64,000 nt of DNA from an uncultured Bacilli bacterium (GCA_947625575.1 CANQOV010000002.1:1457-65456); one strand, 5' to 3'. Counted from the stretch's first letter, positions 9,562 to 21,344 are shown. Made by a program: numbers and translations. Notes: generated by a model from the sequence alone, not told the origin.

Positions 9562-10792
9562 TAGCTTATTTTTAGATTGTGAAAATGATGTTAGAGAACA
9601 ATTTTTGAAAGTAGATGCAATAAAAAGAAAAAATAGTTGTAAAGTGTTGGAAGCATTTATTAAAGAGGGCGTTAGTGATTCTTGCTTTAATCAGACAACA
9701 GGATATGGTTATGATGATTTAGGAAGAGAAGTAATCGAAAAGATATTTTGTGATATTTTTAAGAGTGAAGATGCGTTGGTTAGAAGTCAATTTATTTCTG
9801 GTACTCATGCTCTTACTGTTACTTTGTTTGGGCTTTTAAGACCTAATGATTTATTACTTAGCATTACAGGACGACCATATGATACTTTGCATGAAGTTAT
9901 TGGAATTGTCGATAATCCAAGTTCTTTAAAATCTTTTAATGTTAAGTATGATGAGATAGATTTGGTGGATAATGATTTTGATTATGAAGAAATAGAAAAG
10001 TATTTAAAAGAAAGATTTGTAAAAGTTGTTCATATTCAAAGATCTAAAGGTTATTCTACTAGAGAAAGTATAGCAATTAGCAAAGTGGAAAAGGTTTGTA
10101 AGTTAATTAAAAAGATTAGTCCTGATAGTATTATTATGGTTGATAATTGTTATTGTGAGTTTGTTAGTGAGGTTGAACCTATTGAAGTTGGTTGTGATGT
10201 TGCAGTTGGCTCGCTTATAAAGAATTTGGGAGCTGGTATTGCTCCAAATGGAGGATATGTCGTTGGAAGAAAAGATTTGATAAATCTTGTGGCAGAACGT
10301 CTTACAGCACCCGGAGAGGGTAAGGAAGTAGGACCAACTTTAGGAATTAATAAAAGTTTTTTACAAGGAATTTATTTTGCTCCATTAGTGGTTAGTGAAG
10401 CTTTAAAAATAGCTATTTTGACTTCTAGAGTTATGGAAAGGTTAGGATATAAAGTAAGTCCTAGGTATGATGAAGAAAGAGTGGATATTGTTCAAAATAT
10501 TATTTTTGGCAATAGAAATGATTTAATTAATTATTGTCGTGGTATTCAAAGTGGAAGTGCCATTGATTCTAAAGCTTTGGTTTTGGAAAGTGATATGCCG
10601 GGATATAAAGATAAAATTGTTATGGCCTCAGGATCATTTATACAGGGCTCTTCAATCGAGTTATCTTGTGACGGTCCAGTTAGAACGCCTTATATTGCCT
10701 ATCAACAGGGTGGTTTATCCTATGAATATGGTAGATATGGGGTTATGAAAGCTGTTAATTATTTATTGGATAAAAAAGATTGTAAAAATTAA
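9551..10792 (+). CDS. PLP-dependent aluminium-resistance family protein (Cys/Met-metabolism lyase-like, YnbB type)
   Basis: The global pattern is typical of this family (FISGTHALTV, a QRSKGYS PLP-lysine region, NLGAGIAPNGGYV). The start overlaps the SDR stop (ATGGATATTGA). Confidence 0.6.
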   Translation: MDIDSLFLDCENDVREQFLKVDAIKRKNSCKVLEAFIKEGVSDSCFNQTTGYGYDDLGREVIEKIFCDIFKSEDALVRSQFISGTHALTVTLFGLLRPNDLLLSITGRPYDTLHEVIGIVDNPSSLKSFNVKYDEIDLVDNDFDYEEIEKYLKERFVKVVHIQRSKGYSTRESIAISKVEKVCKLIKKISPDSIIMVDNCYCEFVSEVEPIEVGCDVAVGSLIKNLGAGIAPNGGYVVGRKDLINLVAERLTAPGEGKEVGPTLGINKSFLQGIYFAPLVVSEALKIAILTSRVMERLGYKVSPRYDEERVDIVQNIIFGNRNDLINYCRGIQSGSAIDSKALVLESDMPGYKDKIVMASGSFIQGSSIELSCDGPVRTPYIAYQQGGLSYEYGRYGVMKAVNYLLDKKDCKN

Positions 10793-10833
10793 CAACTAAT
10801 GGTAGAATAGTAAATGTCGAAAAGACATTTTAT

Positions 10834-10910
10834 GGTCCGTTGGTGAAGTGGCTTAACACATCACCCTCTCAAGGTGACATACACGGATTCGAATTCCGTA
10901 CGGACTACCA
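10834..10910 (+). tRNA. tRNA-Glu (anticodon CUC)
   Basis: 77-nt cloverleaf. Acceptor GGTCCGT/ACGGACU, anticodon stem TCACC/GGTGA with loop CTCTCAA, T-arm ACGGA-TTCGAAT-TCCGT, and encoded CCA. It is a close paralog of the tRNA-Glu(UUC) at 59137. Confidence 0.8.
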
Positions 10911-10920
10911 TTAGTATTTT

Positions 10921-10940
10921 AGCCTTCGGGCTTTTCTTTT
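10921..10940 (+). terminator. rho-independent terminator after tRNA-Glu
   Basis: GCCTTCGGGC hairpin followed by TTTTCTTTT. Confidence 0.6.
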
Positions 10941-10942
10941 GT

Positions 10943-10972
10943 TTGACATTTTTGGATAAATGTGATATAATT
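10943..10972 (+). promoter_or_regulatory. sigma-A-type promoter (TTGACA-17-TGTGATATAAT, extended -10)
   Basis: Near-consensus -35 TTGACA, a 17-bp spacer, and an extended -10 TGnTATAAT, about 25 bp upstream of the ORF at 10999. Confidence 0.6.
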
Positions 10973-10998
10973 TACTAAGTTTTAAGGGGGATGTTAAA

Positions 10999-11952
10999 AT
11001 GATTTTAAATGAAGAACAAAGACAAAAGGTTAGTTCCTATGATGATTTCTATGATTATGTAGATATGTTAAAATCAGATATGGATTGGTATGAAAGAAGT
11101 GGTTTTAGCAATAAAATAATGCATTTAGGATTAGATAATGGAGAAAGATTAAGGGTTAGTTTTTCTTTGTCATCTATTGCTCATTTATTAGGTATTCAAG
11201 TTGAATATTTAAAATCTACTGGAGTTTATTCAAAAACTGCGACTGCTTATTCTATTATTAAAAGTATTATTAGTAATCCTATCAAGATAGCTAATTTAGT
11301 TGCTTGTGGATATCTTACTTGGGATAAATTTCTTTCTGATTTTGCTTTTGTAAAAGCTAATAGTTTTTGTAGAATGTTTAGTTATTTAGATGATATAAAG
11401 TTTATTTGTAAATATGATAAGTCTTCTAGTTATACAACAGGTTATAGTGCTTTGGATGGAGATTATTATGTTGCTTATCAATATAACGACGGATTATTAA
11501 TAGTGGGACTTAAAAAAGATGGAGAGTATTATAAACCAATTACTAATAGATATGTTAGTAATGATGATAAGTTTTTAAATGTTTTATTAACTAATCAAGT
11601 TGTTACTGTTCCTAATTATGTTTATATGTATTATTTAGCTACTAATACGTATGGAAATAAATTTACAATTTTTCAAGATAAGAAAATTCAAATGTTGGCA
11701 GATGCTAAAGAATATGCGGATACATATCAAGCAACTTGTGATGTAAGCCTTGGTTATTCTTATGCCCTTGGCTCTTTAATAAGGGCTAGAAATGAAAAAA
11801 TTGCTATGAAAGAAGCAATTAATTGTATATTACAAGCTCGTCCTGTTACAAATTTCACTGATTTGCCTATTGAATTAACTCAAGCAATTGAAGAATATAA
11901 TAAAAGTTTACATACACAGCTTGGTGTTGTAAGAGAAAGAAAGGAAAACTAA
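10999..11952 (+). CDS. hypothetical protein (317 aa ORFan)
   Basis: GGGGGA SD followed by ATG. No recognisable catalytic motifs. It lies immediately downstream of a tRNA and a strong promoter. Confidence 0.5.
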   Translation: MILNEEQRQKVSSYDDFYDYVDMLKSDMDWYERSGFSNKIMHLGLDNGERLRVSFSLSSIAHLLGIQVEYLKSTGVYSKTATAYSIIKSIISNPIKIANLVACGYLTWDKFLSDFAFVKANSFCRMFSYLDDIKFICKYDKSSSYTTGYSALDGDYYVAYQYNDGLLIVGLKKDGEYYKPITNRYVSNDDKFLNVLLTNQVVTVPNYVYMYYLATNTYGNKFTIFQDKKIQMLADAKEYADTYQATCDVSLGYSYALGSLIRARNEKIAMKEAINCILQARPVTNFTDLPIELTQAIEEYNKSLHTQLGVVRERKEN

Positions 11953-11967
11953 GAAGTTTTCCTTTTT

Positions 11968-12405
11968 TTATAAATATTTTTTTAAAGCAGTCATATTATC
12001 TTTTTGAAACTCGTAAAAATCTTTAGCTAACTTTTTAACTTTTCTTGATAAGTCTTCATCATTGTTTTTTATTTGTTTTTCAATATCTAGACTACCCATT
12101 GAGATACCTTTTATTAACATATCAGCGATTCTTGGGTCACTGTTATCTTTTTTAACTATTTCTGTGATACCCATTTTAGCAGCCATTTTTTTCATGGTGG
12201 ATTCTTCTTTTAAAGTTAGTTTTAGATCTTTGGCTAATTTTTTACAATCTTTTTCATAACGTTTGTAACCACTTGTTATGTTAGCTATATCATTTTTAAT
12301 TTTATTATCTTTGTTGTTTATAGTATTTAGTAAAGTTTCTAGTGTATAGATAGCCATTGTAGTATCAGTATAAATTGCTTTAATTAAAATTTTATCATTA
12401 TTCAT
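11968..12405 (-). CDS. hypothetical protein (145 aa, K/D-rich helical)
   Basis: ORF on the minus strand, convergent with the previous gene. No confident family assignment. Confidence 0.45.
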   Translation of the reverse strand: MNNDKILIKAIYTDTTMAIYTLETLLNTINNKDNKIKNDIANITSGYKRYEKDCKKLAKDLKLTLKEESTMKKMAAKMGITEIVKKDNSDPRIADMLIKGISMGSLDIEKQIKNNDEDLSRKVKKLAKDFYEFQKDNMTALKKYL

Positions 12406-12514
12406 ATTGCACCTCTAGTAGTAGTGTGGTCAAATGTTGGTAAATAATACTAATATTTGTTGAATATGGTTTTAAAAATAGATATAATTAGTTTAGTATA
12501 TATGGAGGAAAGTT

Positions 12515-14098
12515 ATGACTGATTATGAGATTTTTAAAAATACAAAGTTATTACCAATAGAGAAAGTTTTAGAAAAATATGGTGTAAGTAGTGATGAAGT
12601 TATTCCTTATGGAAAATATATGGCTAAATTAGATCTTAAAGAAGTTAAGCCAAAGGGTAAATTGATTTTGGTTACTTCTACTAATCCTACACCTTATGGA
12701 GAGGGTAAGACTACTTTAGCAATTGGTATTTGTGATGCTCTTTGTAAAAATGGTTATAAAGCAATGTTGGCATTAAGAGAGCCTTCACTTGGACCTGTTT
12801 TTGGTACTAAAGGAGGAGCAACTGGAGGAGGACAGACACAAATTGCTCCAATGGATGATATTAATCTACATTTTACTGGAGATTTTCATGCAATTACTAG
12901 TGCTAATAATTTGATTGCAGCAGTTATTGATAATCATATTTATCAAGGAAATGAATTAAAGATAGATAAAGTATATTTTCAAAGATGTCTTGATTTAAAT
13001 GATAGAGCTTTAAAAAGTGTTACTTTACAAGGTAGAACAGATCATTTTACTATAACAGCAGCGTCAGAAATAATGGCAATTTTTACTCTTTTTAAAGATG
13101 AAGATGATTTAAGAAGAAGACTGGATAATATTTTAATTGGAGAAGATGTTAATGGTAAACCTATTTACTTAAAACAACTTGGTGTCACAGGAGCAGTTAT
13201 GGTTTTATTAAAAGATGCGATTAAACCTAATGTTGTTCAAACTTTGAAAGGCAATGCTGCTATAGTACATGGTGGACCTTTTGCTAATATTGCTCATGGT
13301 TGTAATAGTGTTGTGGCTACAAAAATGGCTATGTCTTTAAGTGATTATGCTATTACTGAAGCTGGTTTTGGCAGTGATATGGGAGCTTTAAAGTTTTTGG
13401 ATATAAAGTGTAGTCAAAATAATATTTATCCTGATTTAATAGTGGTTAATTCTACTGTTAGAAGTTTAAAATATCATGGTAATGGTGTTTTAGAAAAAGG
13501 GATAGAAAATTTAAAATTCCATATTCTTAATATGAAACAATTTCATGATAATGTTTTGGTTATAATTAATAGATTTACTACTGATACAGAAGAAGAGATT
13601 AACTATTTAAAAGATTATTGTGAAAAGCTTGGAGTTAAGACTCTTGTTAGTAATATGTACAGTAATGGTGATAATGATACAGAAGATTTAGCTAAGACAA
13701 TAGTTTCTTATGCTAATAAAGAGAATACTAAAAGATGTCATATTTATGATTTAGAAGATGATATTTTTGTAAAGATAGATAAGTATTGTAAAAATATTTT
13801 TCATGCTAAAGAAGTGATTTATAAAAATGATACTAGAAAACGATTAGAAAATTTACCTGAACAATATAAAAAATATAGAATATGTATTTCAAAGACACCA
13901 CTTTCAATAACGGATGATAAAAATGTGTTAGGATATCCAAAAGATTTTGTAATGACTGTTACAGATATTAAGATTAATTCTGGATCAGAGTTTATTACTA
14001 TATTAATGGGTAATGTTTTGACGATGCCTGGGTTATCTAAAGATGCTAATTATTTACATATGGATTATCGTAATGGTAATATAGAAGGATTATTTTAA
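12515..14098 (+). CDS. fhs: formate--tetrahydrofolate ligase
   Basis: P-loop TPYGEGKTT and a full-length FTHFS architecture. GGAGGA SD upstream. Confidence 0.9.
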   Translation: MTDYEIFKNTKLLPIEKVLEKYGVSSDEVIPYGKYMAKLDLKEVKPKGKLILVTSTNPTPYGEGKTTLAIGICDALCKNGYKAMLALREPSLGPVFGTKGGATGGGQTQIAPMDDINLHFTGDFHAITSANNLIAAVIDNHIYQGNELKIDKVYFQRCLDLNDRALKSVTLQGRTDHFTITAASEIMAIFTLFKDEDDLRRRLDNILIGEDVNGKPIYLKQLGVTGAVMVLLKDAIKPNVVQTLKGNAAIVHGGPFANIAHGCNSVVATKMAMSLSDYAITEAGFGSDMGALKFLDIKCSQNNIYPDLIVVNSTVRSLKYHGNGVLEKGIENLKFHILNMKQFHDNVLVIINRFTTDTEEEINYLKDYCEKLGVKTLVSNMYSNGDNDTEDLAKTIVSYANKENTKRCHIYDLEDDIFVKIDKYCKNIFHAKEVIYKNDTRKRLENLPEQYKKYRICISKTPLSITDDKNVLGYPKDFVMTVTDIKINSGSEFITILMGNVLTMPGLSKDANYLHMDYRNGNIEGLF

Positions 14099-14116
14099 GA
14101 AAGTAAAACTCTCAAT

Positions 14117-15514
14117 TTATTTTGAGAGTTTTTTAGATAAGTTTTTTATTTTTAAAGTTTTTTCAATGACTTTTAAATCACTATATTTTTTATATTTATT
14201 TTTATAGGCCATGTAGTTATCTAGGCCTTTTCCTAAGATTAGAATTATATCGTTTTTCTTAGCTAGTTTAATGGCTTTTTTGATAGCTTTTTTTCTATTT
14301 TTTATGTAAATAACATTATTTTTTGTTAAGTCTTTGGACATATCTTTAAAGATTATAGATAGTTTTTCATTTCTTGGATCATCTTTTGTAAATATAGCTA
14401 TCTTGGAATAATCAGAGACTAGTTTACCTATTTCTTGTCTTTTTTCTTTATATCTATTCCCAGCACAACCTACGATACAATATAAGTTTCCTAGACAAAT
14501 ACTTTTGACGTAATCTAAAATTTGTTTGGTAGCATAAGTTGTGTGGGCATAGTCTAAAATTATTTTAAATTTTTTTGTTTCGATGATATTTATTCTTCCT
14601 TTGATAGGTTTTAAAGTTTTAATTTTACTAATTATATCATTGATATCAAATCCTAAAGAGATTAAACAAGCAATACTACATACTAAGTTATAAACATTAA
14701 ATGTACCTAATAATGGACTGTTTATAAAATATTTTTTGTCTTGATATTTTAAAATAAAAGTAGTGTTTTCATAAGTTGTTTTTACATCTTCAAAAGAAAA
14801 GATAGCATTAGGGTTTGTTCCATAGGTAAGAAGTTTAGCATTGCTTATATTTTTAAATTCATCAAAGTAGTCAGTATCAGTATTTAATATTTTTATACTA
14901 TTTTCGTCTAAGTAGTTAAATAAAATTTTTTTACAATTTTTATATTCTTCAAGACTATTATGAGCATTTAGGTGTTCTTTTGTTATATTAGTTAGTATAG
15001 CTATTTTATATGGTAAGTTATAACATCTATTTTGTTTTAGTCCTTCACTGGAACACTCCATGACTAAGTATTTATAGTTTAAATCTTTGATATATTTAGC
15101 ATATTTTATAGTTTCTTCTAGAGTAGTGGTGGTGTTTTTTGAATTTATTTTGGGGTGTTTAGGGTTAAGACCATTAGTACCTATGTTGGCACATTTATCA
15201 AATTCATCTAAGAGATTTTTAATGATTGTTGCTACAGAAGTTTTACCATCTGTACCAGTTATACCTATTAAAGTTAGATTTTTAAAGGGGTTTTGGTAGT
15301 AATCATTTAATATTTGATAGTAAGAAGATAGTTCATTATCTACTTTTAAGATGGGACAGGGTAATGTAAGATTTACTTGTTTGTTAGTTATTATTAAAGA
15401 AGCTTTCTTTTTGGTGGCATCCTTGATATATTTTTCTTTTAGTTGTTGGTTTTCTACAGTGGAGATATAGATATCATTTTTCTTTATTTTTTTAGAGTTA
15501 TTTTTTAGTTTCAT
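14117..15514 (-). CDS. murE: Mur ligase family protein, probably UDP-MurNAc-L-Ala-D-Glu:L-Lys/DAP ligase
   Basis: Mur ligase P-loop (LIGITGTDGKTSV) with central and C-terminal Mur domains. The MurE versus MurF assignment is not certain from sequence alone. Confidence 0.65.
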   Translation of the reverse strand: MKLKNNSKKIKKNDIYISTVENQQLKEKYIKDATKKKASLIITNKQVNLTLPCPILKVDNELSSYYQILNDYYQNPFKNLTLIGITGTDGKTSVATIIKNLLDEFDKCANIGTNGLNPKHPKINSKNTTTTLEETIKYAKYIKDLNYKYLVMECSSEGLKQNRCYNLPYKIAILTNITKEHLNAHNSLEEYKNCKKILFNYLDENSIKILNTDTDYFDEFKNISNAKLLTYGTNPNAIFSFEDVKTTYENTTFILKYQDKKYFINSPLLGTFNVYNLVCSIACLISLGFDINDIISKIKTLKPIKGRINIIETKKFKIILDYAHTTYATKQILDYVKSICLGNLYCIVGCAGNRYKEKRQEIGKLVSDYSKIAIFTKDDPRNEKLSIIFKDMSKDLTKNNVIYIKNRKKAIKKAIKLAKKNDIILILGKGLDNYMAYKNKYKKYSDLKVIEKTLKIKNLSKKLSK

Positions 15515-15768
15515 TACATCATATGCAGACTAGACTGATATTCTAAAAAGCCGTCTTTAGTGGTGGTGTTTAATTTTTTTTCTAATTCATTTACTTTGTT
15601 TTCTAAAGTATTTATTCTTTTTTCAATAGTTTGAAAGTCATTGTTATAATAGGGCATTAAACCTTGTTGATTAGGAAAAAATGAGTAGTTGTAGTTTCCA
15701 CTTCCCATGATTGGACTAAGATTCATGGGGTTAAAAAAGGGATAAGCCATTGTATTCAAATTTATCAC
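15514..15768 (-). CDS. small N/Y/P-rich protein (84 aa), translationally coupled to murE
   Basis: Its stop TAA overlaps the murE ATG by one nucleotide (TAATG). Composition is low-complexity (NYNYSFFPNQQGLMPYYNN) with a C-terminal coiled coil. Confidence 0.4.
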   Translation of the reverse strand: MINLNTMAYPFFNPMNLSPIMGSGNYNYSFFPNQQGLMPYYNNDFQTIEKRINTLENKVNELEKKLNTTTKDGFLEYQSSLHMM

Positions 15769-15865
15769 TCCTAACGTACTACAATATATTATGTTTATAT
15801 TATAGTTTTGGCATGGGCTAGACTTTATAATTACTATTTGATAAAATAAATACTGGTGATATTTT

Positions 15866-16501
15866 TTGAGACTTCGTAATGTAAAAGATAAAGAAAATGT
15901 TTTAGAAAATGCTAAAAATTATATTGATAATCCAGAAAGATTATGTGGAAAATGGCAAGAAGAGTTTAAAAATAATAATGATATTTGTGTTGAAATTGGA
16001 AGTGGAAAGTGTCATTTTATAAAACAAATGGCTAGGAAGTATCCGGATATTAATTTTGTTGCTATTGAAAGAAATCGTTCTGTTTTAGCATTGGGCTTAA
16101 AAAATGAAATAGAAGATAATGATTTACCTAATTTAAGGTTTATTAATTATAATGCAGCTTTGATTGATAAGATTTTTAATAGAGAAGTTAAGACTATTTA
16201 TCTTAATTTTTCTGATCCTTGGCCAAAGAGTAGACATTGTAAAAGAAGACTTACTCACGAGGTGTTTTTGAAAAAGTATGATGTTGTGTTTAAAGATGAA
16301 AGAAAGATTATTCAAAAGACGGATAATTTAGAGTTTTTTGCTTTTTCTATTGAATCTTTATCAAAATATGGATATGTCTTAGAAAATGTTATTGTTGATT
16401 TGCAAAAAATAGAAAATAATGATAATATAGAAACAGAATATGAAGTAAAGTTTAAGAAGAAAGGCTGTAAAATTTATAAGTTATTGGCTATAAAAAAATA
16501 A
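15866..16501 (+). CDS. trmB: tRNA (guanine46-N7)-methyltransferase
   Basis: MRLRN N-terminus as in Bacillus TrmB, SAM motif VEIGSGKCHFI, and DPWPK motif. TTG start 6 nt after a GGTGA SD. Confidence 0.85.
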   Translation: MRLRNVKDKENVLENAKNYIDNPERLCGKWQEEFKNNNDICVEIGSGKCHFIKQMARKYPDINFVAIERNRSVLALGLKNEIEDNDLPNLRFINYNAALIDKIFNREVKTIYLNFSDPWPKSRHCKRRLTHEVFLKKYDVVFKDERKIIQKTDNLEFFAFSIESLSKYGYVLENVIVDLQKIENNDNIETEYEVKFKKKGCKIYKLLAIKK

Positions 16502-16559
16502 AAAATTATTAAAAATAATTTAAATATAGAAAACTATCTGATATAATTAGAGGTGGATA

Positions 16560-17216
16560 ATGAAGAAGAAATATTTCTTTGTACTTATCATTTTACTTTT
16601 AGTTTTTGTATGTGGCTGTTCTAATGTACAAAATTTAAGTGTTGATGAGGCTATAGATAGAGTAATTGGAGTAGAACATAAGACATCTGTTGCTTTAAAT
16701 GGATATAAGTTTTATCTTCCAAAGGGTATGACTTTATTAAATGATGCAAATGGTAATAATGTATTTTATTCTTCTTATGAAAAGTATTATTTATATGTTG
16801 ATTTATTAAGTTATTATAATAAAAAATATATTGATTATGAACTTGATTTAGAGGATAATATATATTATAGAGATTTAAGTTCTGATGATAAGAAAGGCTA
16901 TATTTTAGTTAAGAAAAGTGATGATAAGTTCTTGCTTAATATTTATTATAATTATGCAAAGATTGAGGTATTAACTAGTGATTATAAGATGGCTATTATT
17001 AAATCTTTATTGGTTTTAAATAGTATTTCATATAATGATAAAATTATTGAAAGTATGGTTGGGGGAAATGCTTTAAATTATGATGAAGAAGAGTTTTTAT
17101 TAAAACAACCAGAGGATAAAGATATGAATCAAGATTCTTTACAATATGATGGAGATTATGTGGATACAGAAAATGAGTTGCCAGATGAAGATATAATAGC
17201 AGTTCAAAGTGAATAA
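16560..17216 (+). CDS. lipoprotein (hypothetical)
   Basis: Signal peptide with lipobox LVFVCGC. Confidence 0.6.
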   Translation: MKKKYFFVLIILLLVFVCGCSNVQNLSVDEAIDRVIGVEHKTSVALNGYKFYLPKGMTLLNDANGNNVFYSSYEKYYLYVDLLSYYNKKYIDYELDLEDNIYYRDLSSDDKKGYILVKKSDDKFLLNIYYNYAKIEVLTSDYKMAIIKSLLVLNSISYNDKIIESMVGGNALNYDEEEFLLKQPEDKDMNQDSLQYDGDYVDTENELPDEDIIAVQSE

Positions 17217-17233
17217 CCATAAGAGGTGGGAAT

Positions 17234-18172
17234 ATGAAATTATTAGATAAGTTAAAAACAGTTTTATTTGAAGAAGATGAAGAAGAAAAAGAACAAGAAA
17301 AACAAGAAGATGTTGTTATTAATGATGAGACAAAAACTTTTTCGATTGCACACAAGGTTGATGTGGAAAGAACTAATAAAGAGATAGCAAATGATTCTAA
17401 AACTTTAAATAGTGTTGATAGACAAGAGAAAAAAGCACCGATTATTTTTGAAGATGAAGATTTTTTAAGTGATACAAAAGAAATTTCTTTTAAAGAGCCT
17501 TTTAAGAAAGAAGAAGCAGTTTTATATGGGGGATATGAGGTAAAAGAAAAAGAAAGAGTAAAAGAAAAGTTTAAACCGTCACCAATATTATCACCAGTTT
17601 ATGGTATTATTGAAACAAAAGAAGAAAAAGAAGTTACAGATAATAGTAAGTCTTTAGATCATTTATTTTCTTCAGAAAGAAAGAAAGATATAAGTTTTGA
17701 TGAGATTAGACAGAAAGCCTATGGAGATGTTGGGGTAAAAGAACAAGAAGATGATGATGAACAAGTTATATATGATATGAAAAATGATGATACCCCTGGG
17801 ATTGAAAAAGTTACAATTGGAGATGCCGAAGAGTATTTTGAAGATTTGGGATTAGAATATGAAGTTGATTATAAAGACGCTTCAAAAGAAAAAGAAAAGA
17901 TGACAAGAATTAAGAAAAACCAAGAGCTTTCTAGAAAGTTAGAAAAAGAAGAAGAGGATAAGCCTTTAGAAGAGTATGATAAAGTAGATGATGATTATTC
18001 TATAGAAGATTCTTTGGTAGAAGAAAAAGAAGAAAAGGAAGAAAAAGAACAAGAAGATGACACTATTAAGAAAATTATTAATAAAAAAGATTTAAAAGAT
18101 GAAGAAGATATGGAACTTCCTGAAGAAAAAAATTTGTATGATTTGATTGATATGATGTATGATAATAAATAA
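17234..18172 (+). CDS. acidic E/K/D-rich low-complexity protein
   Basis: Long ORF dominated by GAA/AAA/GAT codons. Confidence 0.45.
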   Translation: MKLLDKLKTVLFEEDEEEKEQEKQEDVVINDETKTFSIAHKVDVERTNKEIANDSKTLNSVDRQEKKAPIIFEDEDFLSDTKEISFKEPFKKEEAVLYGGYEVKEKERVKEKFKPSPILSPVYGIIETKEEKEVTDNSKSLDHLFSSERKKDISFDEIRQKAYGDVGVKEQEDDDEQVIYDMKNDDTPGIEKVTIGDAEEYFEDLGLEYEVDYKDASKEKEKMTRIKKNQELSRKLEKEEEDKPLEEYDKVDDDYSIEDSLVEEKEEKEEKEQEDDTIKKIINKKDLKDEEDMELPEEKNLYDLIDMMYDNK

Positions 18173-18183
18173 GGAGAATAATT

Positions 18184-18459
18184 ATGGGTGTTAATGAAGT
18201 GTTATTGATGATATTACTTGGCTTATCTTGTGTTTTAGTGGCTGTTTTAATTGTTTTAGGTATAAAATTATTATATAGTTTAGGAAAATTGAATATAATA
18301 TTAAATGACATCGAAGGTAAGTTAAAAAATGTTAATGATGTTTTTTTGGCAGTAAATGGTTTTACAACAATGGTTTCAAATGTTACAGAAAGTATTTTTG
18401 GAAAAGTAGTAAGTGTTATTAATAAGTTAGTTGGTAAAAAGGAGGATACTAATGAGTAA
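18184..18459 (+). CDS. DUF948-type small membrane protein (YtxG-like)
   Basis: An N-terminal TM helix followed by a coiled coil (LNDIEGKLKNVNDV). Confidence 0.55.
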   Translation: MGVNEVLLMILLGLSCVLVAVLIVLGIKLLYSLGKLNIILNDIEGKLKNVNDVFLAVNGFTTMVSNVTESIFGKVVSVINKLVGKKEDTNE

Positions 18460-18865
18460 AAGAAAAACAGTTGCTAGTTTATTAACTGGTATGGCAGTAG
18501 GTGTAGGGTTAGGATTTTTATTTGCACCAGAAAAGGGGAGTGTAACAAGACAGAAATTAAAAGAAAAAGTAGATGATGCTGTTAATAAGCTTAAAGATAT
18601 CGATGCCGATGAGGTAAAAGAAGATATGTTAAAAAGAATAGAAGATATTAAAAAGGAACTTCAAGATTTGGATAAAGAAAAAGTTTTGAAAGTTGCTAAA
18701 GAAAAATCTCAACAAATAAAATCTAGACTTGAAGATCTTTTGGAAGAAGCTAAAGACAAAGCTACACCAGTTGTGGAAAAGTCTATTGAAAATTTAAGAG
18801 AATATGCTGTTAAAGTTACAAAAGAAGTTTTGAAAAAATTAGAAAAACAAGAAGAAGATAAATAG
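18452..18865 (+). CDS. YtxH-like protein
   Basis: N-terminus LLTGMAVGVGLGFLFAPEKGSVTRQKL is typical of the YtxH family. GGAGGA SD before ATG 18452. Its start overlaps the previous gene. Confidence 0.6.
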   Translation: MSKRKTVASLLTGMAVGVGLGFLFAPEKGSVTRQKLKEKVDDAVNKLKDIDADEVKEDMLKRIEDIKKELQDLDKEKVLKVAKEKSQQIKSRLEDLLEEAKDKATPVVEKSIENLREYAVKVTKEVLKKLEKQEEDK

Positions 18866-18867
18866 TT

Positions 18868-18897
18868 TGAATATGCTTTAAAAAGCATATTTTTTCT
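18868..18897 (+). terminator. rho-independent terminator
   Basis: AATATGCTTT-aaaa-AGCATATT hairpin plus a T-run. Confidence 0.6.
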
Positions 18898-18933
18898 TTA
18901 CTAAAAAAGCTATTTTTATTATAATTATTATAG

Positions 18934-20934
<2,001 letters not shown>

Positions 20935-20951
20935 TTGAAAGTTGGTGGAAC

Positions 20952-21344
20952 ATGAATAAAAAGGCATTTACTTTAATTGAGGTTTTGGCTGTTTTAGTTA
21001 TTGTTTCTATTTTGTTAGCAGTGGTTATTCCGTCAACTTCTTATGCAATAAAAGAGGGTAAGTTAAAAAAATATGAAGCAGCTTATCAAAATGTTATTGA
21101 CTATTTAACTTTATATAATTTAGATAAAGAAGATTTATTATGGAAAAGTAGTTATTGTAGTGGTAATGTTTGCAATGTGCCATATCAAAAACTTCTTGAT
21201 AATTATAGTAATTTTAAAGTTTTAGATGAGTGTGTTATTAGTGGGTTAACTATTAAGAAAGATAAAAATAATTTTGATTATAAAGCTTGTATGGTTTGTA
21301 AAGAAAAGAATTTAGTAATTTTTAAGAAAGATGATTGCAAATAA
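20952..21344 (+). CDS. prepilin-type N-terminal cleavage/methylation domain protein (orphan competence-type pseudopilin)
   Basis: Class III signal MNKKAFTLIEVLAVLVIVSIL, with six Cys in the C-terminal part. Confidence 0.7.
   Translation: MNKKAFTLIEVLAVLVIVSILLAVVIPSTSYAIKEGKLKKYEAAYQNVIDYLTLYNLDKEDLLWKSSYCSGNVCNVPYQKLLDNYSNFKVLDECVISGLTIKKDKNNFDYKACMVCKEKNLVIFKKDDCK

Noticed and set aside
17234-18172. GAA/GAT-rich low-complexity stretch as a possible non-coding repeat
   Set aside because: It is a continuous open frame encoding an acidic E/K-rich protein with an SD, which fits a coding low-complexity region.
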